A stretch of DNA of 64,000 bases from Anaerolineales bacterium. GTDB lineage: Bacteria > Chloroflexota > Anaerolineae > Anaerolineales > UBA11858. Under the pieces are notes generated by a model. That model worked only from the letters and a program-made list of their open reading frames with translations, was not told where the DNA came from and ran no database searches. Position numbers and translations under genes: made by a program. Below are positions 56,785 through 64,000 of this stretch, piece by piece. Location of the stretch: NCBI GenBank assembly GCA_049644685.1, contig JBARSJ010000320.1:7916-71915 (forward strand), given 5' to 3'. Every line of letters begins with the position of its first letter. Position 1 is the first letter of the stretch.

Positions 56785-57708
56785 ATGTATATCATTGGAG
56801 AGAATATTCATATCATTTCCCCGAAAGTAAAAAAGGCTTTGGCTGAGAAGGATGCGGAATTCTTTAAGAAATCCGCCCTCCAGCAGGTTGAGCATGGGGC
56901 AAACGCTATAGATTTGAACCTGGGCAGGCAAAAACATACCTGGGAAGAAGTATTTCCTTGGGTGACAAAGATAGTCCAGGAAGTTGTGGATGTCCCGCTC
57001 TGCATCGACAGCACAAATGTTGATGGTATTGAGGCAGCCCTTAAGGTGATTACAAAAGCCCGCCCCATCGTCAATTCTACTTCTGCTGAAGCAGAGCGCC
57101 TGGAACAAGTTCCCCTGCTGGCAAAAAAATATAATGCCAAATTGGTCGCCCTGACACTGAAAAAAGAAGGCATCCCGGTAAGCGCTGATGAGCGGGTAGA
57201 AATTGCCCTGGATTACCTCATCCCCCGGGCGATGGAAGTTGGCATAGAGATACCGGATTTGATTATCGATCCGCTGGCACTCACTGTCTCCGGGTGTCAG
57301 GAATACTGTCCGGAATTGATTGAGGCTGTCCGGACCATTAAATTTGCCGGCGATCCCCCGCCCTCCATTTCTATTGGACTTTCTAATGTGTCCAATGCCG
57401 TTCCCGAAGAAACCCGGCCTATCTTAAACCGGGTGTATCTTGCCATGTTGATGGGAGCCGGTTTGGAAATGATGATCGCTGATCCACTGGATGAGAAACA
57501 AAATGAAGTGATCCGAATCATTGAAGAACGGGATGAAAGCACCCCTCTCGGAAAGCTATACCTTAAACTCCATGATGCTACAGAAGCGATGGAAGAGATA
57601 ACCAAGGATGATGTTGACGAGAATGACCCGGAGCAGATGGCTGTTTGGAAATCCTCCCAGGTGCTTCTGAACAAAGTGATTTACGCCGATTCGTTTTTAG
57701 AACAATAA
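56785..57708 (+). CDS. acsE: Methyltetrahydrofolate:corrinoid/iron-sulfur protein methyltransferase (AcsE)
   Basis: MYIIGENIH..., IDLNLG, LCIDSTN, VNSTSAE, IDPL, GLSNVSN. It has ~40 extra residues before the conserved C-terminal ...NKVIYADSF compared with the Moorella enzyme as I remember it. Confidence 0.92.
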   Translation: MYIIGENIHIISPKVKKALAEKDAEFFKKSALQQVEHGANAIDLNLGRQKHTWEEVFPWVTKIVQEVVDVPLCIDSTNVDGIEAALKVITKARPIVNSTSAEAERLEQVPLLAKKYNAKLVALTLKKEGIPVSADERVEIALDYLIPRAMEVGIEIPDLIIDPLALTVSGCQEYCPELIEAVRTIKFAGDPPPSISIGLSNVSNAVPEETRPILNRVYLAMLMGAGLEMMIADPLDEKQNEVIRIIEERDESTPLGKLYLKLHDATEAMEEITKDDVDENDPEQMAVWKSSQVLLNKVIYADSFLEQ

Positions 57709-57733
57709 ATCTAGAGCACATTTGGTTCAAAAC

Positions 57734-57765
57734 AGGCTCCCGGAGTTTTATAACCTCGGGAGCCT
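57734..57765 (+). terminator. Hairpin after acsE (likely end of the acs operon)
   Basis: AGGCTCCCG ... CGGGAGCCT stem, 26 nt after the stop. Confidence 0.45.
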
Positions 57766-57902
57766 TCGCTATTAATATTATGCTAAAAGGCATAGGATGA
57801 AAGGAAGAATGCAAGGGTCAGGGGGAAGGCGAATCATCTATAATGAATAAAGCTAAATTAAGCACATTTCTGCCTTACGTGGAGGATAGAACTGGAGGGT
57901 TC

Positions 57903-59258
57903 ATGTCTGAAGACAACATAAATATCGAGGAATTGCTGGAAAAAGCAAAAAAGCCAGCAGCGGATGCACTTAAACTGCATCCTTTCTACAAAGGGAAAAT
58001 GGAAACCACCCTCAAGTGTACTGTGCGGGGAATCGATGATTTTGCGATCTGGTATACCCCGGGTGTCGCAGCACCTTGTCGGGAGATCTACCAGGACCCG
58101 GAGATGGTATATCAGCATACCAGTAAAGGGAATACAATCGCTGTTATCAGTGATGGGACCCGGGTGTTGGGATTAGGAGATATAGGCCCGAAAGCTGGTC
58201 TCCCGGTTATGGAAGGTAAAGCGCTTTTGTTTAAATATCTGGGGGGAGTTGACGCTGTACCTATAATGCTTGATACAAAAGACCCTGACGTGTTCATTGA
58301 AACTGTACTGCTGCTGCAGGCATCCTTTGGGGGCATCAACCTGGAGGACATCGCCCAGCCGAAATGCTTCAGGATATTGGATGAACTGAGGGAACGGGCG
58401 GAAATTCCCGTCTGGCATGATGACCAGCAGGGTACTGCGACAGTGACCCTGGCAGGGTTAATGAATGCCCTGAAAGTAGTCGGCAAGAAGAAAGAAGAGA
58501 TACAAATAGCCTTTATTGGCACAGGGGCTTCCAATGTCGCAATCTCACGCTTGATATACAGCTGGGGAGTAGACCCGGGAAAATGCTTCATGGTAGACAG
58601 TAAAGGCATTCTCGGACTGCATCGGGATGACATTGAAGCCAAACAAGAGCACTTTAAGGATAAATGGCGGTTGTGTCAACAAACAAATAAAGAAGGGCGG
58701 AAGGGCGGAATTGGGGAAGCTATGCAGGGGGTGGATGTGGTGATTGCCTTATCCAAACCCGGACCGGATGTTATCAAACCCGAATGGGTACAGAGCATGA
58801 ATTCAGATTCCATCGTTTTCAGCTGCGCCAATCCGATCCCAGAGATCTGGCCCTGGGTGGCAAAAGAGGCAGGCGCTAGAATTGTTTCCACCGGGCGGTC
58901 TGATTTCCCCAACCAGGTAAACAACTCCCTGGGTTTCCCCGGAATCTTCCGAGGAGTATTGGATGTACGGGCAACTACCATCACGGATGAGATGTGTTTC
59001 GCAGCTGCGGAGGCACTTGCAGATCAGATTGGAGATGATTTGGATGAGGACCACCTTCTGCCTACCATGGATGATTGGGAAGTCTTTGCCCGAGAAGCTG
59101 CCGCAGTAGGGATGAAAGCCCAGGAACAGGGGGTAGCCCAACTGGAAAAATCATATGACGAGTTGCTGGAAAGCGCTACAAAAGTCATCAAGCGGTCGCG
59201 TGATTTGACTTCATTGATGGAAGAACAAGGATTTATCCAGCCGCCGCCCGAGGATTAA
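57903..59258 (+). CDS. NAD(P)-dependent malic enzyme (short form)
   Basis: YTPGVAAPC, VISDGTRVLGLGDIG, GINLEDI, FIGTGASN, FSCANPIPEI. The start is at MSEDN with GGAGGG upstream. The track ATG at 57843 lies inside a TATAAT box. Confidence 0.9.
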   Translation: MSEDNINIEELLEKAKKPAADALKLHPFYKGKMETTLKCTVRGIDDFAIWYTPGVAAPCREIYQDPEMVYQHTSKGNTIAVISDGTRVLGLGDIGPKAGLPVMEGKALLFKYLGGVDAVPIMLDTKDPDVFIETVLLLQASFGGINLEDIAQPKCFRILDELRERAEIPVWHDDQQGTATVTLAGLMNALKVVGKKKEEIQIAFIGTGASNVAISRLIYSWGVDPGKCFMVDSKGILGLHRDDIEAKQEHFKDKWRLCQQTNKEGRKGGIGEAMQGVDVVIALSKPGPDVIKPEWVQSMNSDSIVFSCANPIPEIWPWVAKEAGARIVSTGRSDFPNQVNNSLGFPGIFRGVLDVRATTITDEMCFAAAEALADQIGDDLDEDHLLPTMDDWEVFAREAAAVGMKAQEQGVAQLEKSYDELLESATKVIKRSRDLTSLMEEQGFIQPPPED

Positions 59259-59555
59259 AGATCTGTAATACAACCCTGCGAAGCTGGTTACATCTCTAAA
59301 GATTTGATTAACCAACAAGAAAATTTCCCGGCGAGGTTACCTGAAGCATTTCTGGCAACCTCGCTGGTAGGGTTAAAAAGGATATTTTCCCCAAACAGAG
59401 GATGATTATTTAAGGAAAGTAAAAATTACCCCTTACACAACCCCTAAGTGATGTATACTAAACCTAACATTAAGGGTACCAAGAATAAGCAAATTTGCTT
59501 GTCCTGGGCAATGGCAATTATTCTTGGGCAGTAATAAAACGACCTAATCCAGAAG

Positions 59556-59583
59556 TTGACAGGATATGAAAGTAATTTATAAT
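59556..59583 (+). promoter_or_regulatory. Consensus sigma-70 promoter about 300 nt upstream of the ABC operon
   Basis: TTGACA-16 nt-TATAAT, with both hexamers perfect. Confidence 0.55.
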
Positions 59584-59887
59584 CATATCCCAAGCACTTT
59601 AGTGTAATAAAATCCTCAGGGGGAGATTCCTAAAGGCAAATTTTAACAGTTATTTACCTTTAGGCGGTACCGTCAGGGGAATGAACATCAGCGGCGGTAA
59701 CTGGTGAGGGACTTAATATTGGTATCTATCTTCAGCATATTGTTTTAAACGTTAAAATCCCGCTAGTTTTAGGGATACAATAACTAATACATTGAAGTTG
59801 CTAAGGAGGTGATAACAGGAAATATATTCTTCCAACCCTAAATATCAATATCTATTCATTTCCCATTTCTCATGAGGAGAAGAAACT

Positions 59888-61459
59888 GTGACAAAAAAAC
59901 TATTTTATATACTTATCGCACTGCTGCTTTTCAGCGCCCTGATCTTGGGTGCCTGTGCGCAGGAACCTGAACCGACCGAAGAAGTCGTTGTTGTGGAAGC
60001 TGACCCATTTATCCTCGGCACAACCGATAGTTGGTCTAGCTTTGAGCCGGCCTGGGTCTACAGCTTCCACGACTGGGAGATCTCCCACCAATGTGCCGAT
60101 GGCTTGCTCAATGTAACGCCAGGCACGGCTGACGAGCTCGAATTAGCGCTGGCGGAGAGCTACACCGTCAGCGACGACGGGCTTGAGTATACCTTTAAAC
60201 TGCGCGAAGGCGTCGTTTTCCCAGATGGGACACCCTTCAATGCTGATGCAGTTGTCTTCACCTTCGATCGAATCGCGGCCATCGATGCACTACTCGGTGA
60301 GAACGCCGGCTTTCTCTACACCGCTTATGCATCGGGTGTTGAGAAGATCGATGATATGACTGTGAAGGTCACCTTTAATGCTGTCTATGCCTACACACTG
60401 CAGCTGATCGCCACCAATCCCTGGAAGATCATCAACCCCAATCAGCATTCGGCGACTGAGGCTAGCACAACCAATACAGCCTGCGGAATTGGACCTTATG
60501 TAATCACAAGCTTCACCGAGGGCGAAGAGCTGATCTTCGAGAAGAACGAGACCTACTATGGCGATCCCCCGAAGAGCGACAAGGTTGTTGTACGCTACTA
60601 TGCCGATTCGCCTACTATGGCCTTGGCCTTGCAGAATGGCGAGATCGATGCCGCCTGGAAGAGTCTCTCCCCCGCCGACTTCGATGCGTTGACAGCAGTG
60701 GATGGAATCACCACGGAAACAGCTAGCTCAACCGAGATTCGCTATATCGTCTATCACGCAACGGAGCCACCCTATGATAATCCCAATGTCCGCCTGGGCC
60801 TGGCACAGCTTCTTAATCGTGAAGAACTGGCCGACTTGGGTTGGCAGGGCATTAAGGTGCCGCTCTACTCCATGGTCCCGCCAGGGTTCCTGGGCTTCAA
60901 GCCCACCTACGAGGGAACTGAGGATGTAGAAGCCGGTAAGGCACTGCTGGCAGAAGCTGGTTTCACGGAGGAGAATCCACTGGTCATGGACCTCTGGTAT
61001 TCCCCCACGCACTACGGCGATACAGAGCCGGATGTGGCAGCTATCATCAAGAATCAACTTGAAGCAAGCGGTGTTGTTCAAGTGACCCTCAACTTCCTGG
61101 AGTGGGCAGCCTACCGTGACGCAGGTCGCGCCGGCGAACTGCCGGTCTCTTTGCTCGGTTGGTATCCCGATTATATGGATCCCAGCAACTACACTATGGA
61201 CTTTGCGCACTCTCCCGCTTCGTGGTCAGGCTCATATTACAACAATCCAGAGATGGATGCCTTGCTTGACGCACAGGCAACTGAGCTGGATGAGGCAACG
61301 CGGATAGGGATCCTCGAAGAAGTCCAGGATTTCTGGGTGACAGAGAGCCCCTTCGTACCCCTTGGTCAGGGTAAACTGCTGATTGCCTACGCTGATGGCG
61401 TCTCAGGCGTTGTGCTTGATCCGATTGCAAACCTGCACTACTTCTTGCTCGAAAAGTAA
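59888..61459 (+). CDS. ABC transporter substrate-binding lipoprotein, family 5 (Opp/Dpp/Nik type)
   Basis: GTG start with GAGGAG upstream. Lipobox LGAC. Family-5 hallmarks (...FKLREGVVFPDGTPFNADAV..., WYPDYMDPSNY). 523 aa. Confidence 0.88.
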   Translation: MTKKLFYILIALLLFSALILGACAQEPEPTEEVVVVEADPFILGTTDSWSSFEPAWVYSFHDWEISHQCADGLLNVTPGTADELELALAESYTVSDDGLEYTFKLREGVVFPDGTPFNADAVVFTFDRIAAIDALLGENAGFLYTAYASGVEKIDDMTVKVTFNAVYAYTLQLIATNPWKIINPNQHSATEASTTNTACGIGPYVITSFTEGEELIFEKNETYYGDPPKSDKVVVRYYADSPTMALALQNGEIDAAWKSLSPADFDALTAVDGITTETASSTEIRYIVYHATEPPYDNPNVRLGLAQLLNREELADLGWQGIKVPLYSMVPPGFLGFKPTYEGTEDVEAGKALLAEAGFTEENPLVMDLWYSPTHYGDTEPDVAAIIKNQLEASGVVQVTLNFLEWAAYRDAGRAGELPVSLLGWYPDYMDPSNYTMDFAHSPASWSGSYYNNPEMDALLDAQATELDEATRIGILEEVQDFWVTESPFVPLGQGKLLIAYADGVSGVVLDPIANLHYFLLEK

Positions 61460-61493
61460 ATTAGTAGTCTGATGTTATGACCCATGTATGAAG

Positions 61494-61537
61494 AAAGGGG
61501 CTCGAATACCAGATTTACGATATTCAAGCCCCTTTTT
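61494..61537 (+). other. Hairpin with T-run between the binding-protein and permease genes
   Basis: AAAGGGGCTCGAATA / TATTCAAGCCCCTTT (one mismatch) followed by TTTTT. This is typical of differential expression in ABC operons. Confidence 0.5.
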
Positions 61538-61599
61538 CTTTACCAGCACAAAATCACGATTCATATTACGATAAAATCAGCAATACAGGTGAGCTAAAG

Positions 61600-62616
61600 A
61601 TGTCGCCAGGACTTCGTCGTTACATTCTGATCCGTGTTTTATTAACCATCCCGATGGTCCTCATTTTGATCTCGATGGTGTTTTTCGTCATGCGCGTGTT
61701 ACCGGGGGATCCAGCATTGGCGATTATGCGCGAAGGAGCTTCGGAAGAACAGCTGCAAGCCTTCCGGGTTGTTTTGGGTTTGGATCGGCCGCTTCATGTC
61801 CAGTATTTTGATTTCATCCTGGGTGTGTTGCGTTTTGATCTGGGCGAGTCGATGACGCGCTCGATTCCTGTTGTTGACGAGATTAAAACGTTCTTCCCGG
61901 CCACGGTGGAACTTGCCCTCTTTTCCATGACTGTGACCACCAGTGTTGGAATCCTGTCGGGTGCCTTTGCCGCCCAACACCGGAAAACCGGCGCCGATTA
62001 TACCATCAGGGTCATGAGCATCATTTTATATTCCCTTCCAATCTTCTGGCTGGGCATTATGCTCCAGATGACCTTCGGAGCTCAATTTGGCTGGCTGCCC
62101 GTGGCAGGGCGGCTGGATCCCGGGATGACACCCGATCGTATAATCACGGGGATGTACACCGTGGATGCGATCTTAATGGGGGATATGCGATTGCTGGGAG
62201 ATGCTCTTCGACATCTTATTCTGCCTTCGATTACGCTTGGCCTGATCCTGGCGGGCATCTTCACGCGATTGACACGGGCGAATATGCTGGAAGTGCTGGA
62301 GAAGGATTATATTATTGCTGGTCGTGCACGCGGCATTCGGGAACGGGTGCTAGTCTATAAACACGGTCTTCGAAATGCTTTTATTCCTATTGTTACACTG
62401 CTTGGATTACAGTTTGCCCTGCTCCTTGCCGGAGCTATTCTGACGGAAACCACCTTCTCATGGCCGGGATTGGGACGCTTGGTTGTCGATCGGATCTACG
62501 ATAGAGATTTTTCAACCGTTCAAGGAAGCATTCTTTTCTTTGCGCTTCTTGTTTCGGGTTTCAGCTTAGTTGTTGATATAATTTATGGGTTCCTGGACCC
62601 TCGGATCAGGTATTAA
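61600..62616 (+). CDS. ABC transporter permease (DppB/NikB-like)
   Basis: 338 aa. N-terminal RRYILIRVLLTIP and the EAA-type loop region (YIIAGRARGIRERVLVYKHGLRNA). Confidence 0.92.
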   Translation: MSPGLRRYILIRVLLTIPMVLILISMVFFVMRVLPGDPALAIMREGASEEQLQAFRVVLGLDRPLHVQYFDFILGVLRFDLGESMTRSIPVVDEIKTFFPATVELALFSMTVTTSVGILSGAFAAQHRKTGADYTIRVMSIILYSLPIFWLGIMLQMTFGAQFGWLPVAGRLDPGMTPDRIITGMYTVDAILMGDMRLLGDALRHLILPSITLGLILAGIFTRLTRANMLEVLEKDYIIAGRARGIRERVLVYKHGLRNAFIPIVTLLGLQFALLLAGAILTETTFSWPGLGRLVVDRIYDRDFSTVQGSILFFALLVSGFSLVVDIIYGFLDPRIRY

Positions 62617-62618
62617 TC

Positions 62619-63806
62619 ATGTCTGAAATTATTGTTGAAGACAACAAGACGAACCGTAAACCTTTGGTCGATGAAAATATTGGTCTCCTGCGTCGCTTTT
62701 GGCGGGGGAGAATCTGGTATGGCACGGAATGGTATATCACAGTAATTGGAGGGGTAATCCTCGTTGTCATGGCGACCATCACAATCTTAGCTCCTTGGAT
62801 TTCACCTCATGATCCGAACGACTTCATCGGGGCTGCATTTACACCCCCCGGCGGAGGGATCCAATCTGTCTTGAGCCGGTCCGGAGAGGATCCTCTGATG
62901 TATGCAGGAACATTGGAGGGATTCACCATCGGCGTACAAAGAAATAAAAATGGGATGAATCTGGTAAAAGAGCTCGAACTCGACTGGGAACGATTCCAAG
63001 ATCAAGGTGCAATGATAACTGGATTATTAAACAGAGAGGTCGATTTGATCTTCATCGATCAGGAACTTGTGCCAGAAATTATACAGACCCAGCCGGAATT
63101 GCAGGTCGTTCAGGATGGGCTTGGTCGCAAGTACCCCCTTGGGACTGATAACCTGGGGAGGGACATTGTCAGCCGATTGATCTGGGGAGCACGCACAGTA
63201 CTTGGCGTTGCAATTACATCAGCTTTGCTATCTTCAACGATTGGCATTTCGCTGGGGCTGCTTTCAGGCTTTACCGCCGGAGGATTAGACCGTGTTCTTT
63301 CCTTGGTGATGGACAGCCTTTACGCCTTCCCCGGGTTGCTCCTGGCTATTGCCATGGCGACGATGCTCGGGCCAGGTTTGCTTAATGTCGCGGTGGCGAT
63401 ATCAGTGATATATATTCCGACATTCTTCCGTGTCGTTCGCGGACAAGTGCTTTCGGTCAAGGAAGAATTATATGTGGAGGCCGCTTACAGCCTGGGTGCC
63501 AAGTCATGGGAAATACTTACCCGATATATCTTTCCAAACGTGATTGCTTCTGTCGTGGTTGTCTTTTCATTAAATGTTGCCGACGCGATCCTCACTGAAG
63601 CTGGACTCAGTTTCATAGGACTTGGCCTACCTCCCGATGTGCCTGATTGGGGGTATGACCTGAGTAAAGGTCATCAATTTATTGTCGCCGGCCGGTGGTG
63701 GATGATAACCTTCCCCGGTATATTAATTTCACTTGTAGCCGTTGGTTTTAGCCTGTTAGGCGAAGGTTTGAGCGAAATCCTTAATCCCAGGCTTTCGGAT
63801 AATTAA
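62619..63806 (+). CDS. ABC transporter permease (DppC/NikC-like) with ~90-aa periplasmic insert
   Basis: [19 protein letters not shown] and [23 protein letters not shown]. 395 aa against the usual ~280-300 aa. Confidence 0.9.
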   Translation: MSEIIVEDNKTNRKPLVDENIGLLRRFWRGRIWYGTEWYITVIGGVILVVMATITILAPWISPHDPNDFIGAAFTPPGGGIQSVLSRSGEDPLMYAGTLEGFTIGVQRNKNGMNLVKELELDWERFQDQGAMITGLLNREVDLIFIDQELVPEIIQTQPELQVVQDGLGRKYPLGTDNLGRDIVSRLIWGARTVLGVAITSALLSSTIGISLGLLSGFTAGGLDRVLSLVMDSLYAFPGLLLAIAMATMLGPGLLNVAVAISVIYIPTFFRVVRGQVLSVKEELYVEAAYSLGAKSWEILTRYIFPNVIASVVVVFSLNVADAILTEAGLSFIGLGLPPDVPDWGYDLSKGHQFIVAGRWWMITFPGILISLVAVGFSLLGEGLSEILNPRLSDN

Positions 63807-63811
63807 TATTT

Positions 63812-64000
63812 ATGATGACAAACGATTATCTCTATAGTATCCAAGACCTAAATGTCGAGTATGAAACCAGGCTGGGGGCATTGAAGGCTGTCGAAAATAT
63901 TTCATTTGATATCCAGAAGCGAGAAGTGCTGGGACTAGTAGGTGAATCGGGGTGTGGTAAATCCACCCTGGGAAAAGCACTCCTCAGGATGATCGAGCCG
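63812..64000 (+). CDS. ABC transporter ATP-binding protein (N-terminal fragment, truncated by window end)
   Basis: Hand translation gives [63 protein letters not shown] (Walker A). Confidence 0.85.
   Translation, partial: MMTNDYLYSIQDLNVEYETRLGALKAVENISFDIQKREVLGLVGESGCGKSTLGKALLRMIEP

Noticed and set aside
59600-59760. Possible cobalamin riboswitch in the ABC-operon leader (GGGGAATGAA, GGCGGTAACTGGTGA vaguely like the GGGAA and GCCACTG cores).
   Set aside because: I could not find the GGTG.AA.TCC segment or a convincing B12 box by eye. It is kept only as a generic structured-leader finding, pending a covariance-model scan.
1-64000. Searched by eye for rRNA, tRNA (T-loop GGTTCGAAT-like motifs), CRISPR repeat arrays, transposase/integrase genes, and defence-type genes (nucleases, helicases, TIR/STING-like, toxin-antitoxin pairs).
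   Set aside because: None found. All sizeable ORFs are accounted for by housekeeping, membrane or Wood-Ljungdahl functions. Manual scanning could have missed small or degenerate elements.

Overview
The window reads as chromosomal core DNA from an anaerobic bacterium with a Wood-Ljungdahl pathway. I tentatively place it in Chloroflexota; that is an inference from gene content and protein sequence style (orphan SpoVS, RNase J, HrcA/CIRCE, CODH/ACS), not from a search. All coordinates of motifs were hand-counted, and all composition statements are by eye.

Layout:
- 1-8.6 kb: a cluster of unknown polytopic membrane proteins with a DUF4405-like di-repeat protein, a NapH-type Fe-S membrane protein, a Crp/Fnr regulator, a DUF166-like protein and a cupin.
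- 8.8-30 kb: housekeeping genes (spoVS, pdxST, an R3H/AAA ATPase, tmk, gmk, rhomboid, rplI, a RodZ-like protein, rimO, a bisphosphate nucleotidase, a GT39-like protein, a PlsC-like protein, an AEC transporter, a Cys-rich lipoprotein, a thioesterase, an M42 peptidase, pcm, rnj).
- 30-43 kb: the heat-shock regulon. groEL has no groES. hrcA-grpE-dnaK-dnaJ-prmA follows. Both units sit behind matching promoter + CIRCE modules, with two paralogous TPR proteins and trmD between them.
- 43-46.5 kb: hpt, recO, an aldolase, a lipoprotein, OsmC and a TlpA-like thioredoxin.
- 47.1-57.7 kb: the carbonyl-branch cluster, in the order HMA-like protein, CODH, AcsB-AcsD fusion, AcsC, AcsV, AcsE.
- 57.9-64 kb: a malic enzyme and an Opp/Dpp/Nik-type ABC operon with visibly different codon usage.

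I found no rRNA, tRNA, CRISPR array, transposase/integrase or recognisable defence system.

Most interesting observations:
- The acetyl-CoA synthase is fused in one ORF to the CFeSP small subunit through a ~137-aa linker.
- An HMA-fold protein with GDHH in place of CxxC is translationally coupled to CODH, in a cluster that lacks cooC/acsF.
- A perfect 24-bp palindrome overlaps the putative acs promoter.
- A rhomboid protease has an N-terminal domain that is an ungapped ~41% match to Hsp70 subdomain IIB of the DnaK in this same window.
- A DppC-type permease carries a periplasmic insert that looks like a binding-protein lobe.
- A consensus promoter with a ~300-nt leader precedes the ABC operon.

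None of these is proven novel; each needs the searches named in the findings.
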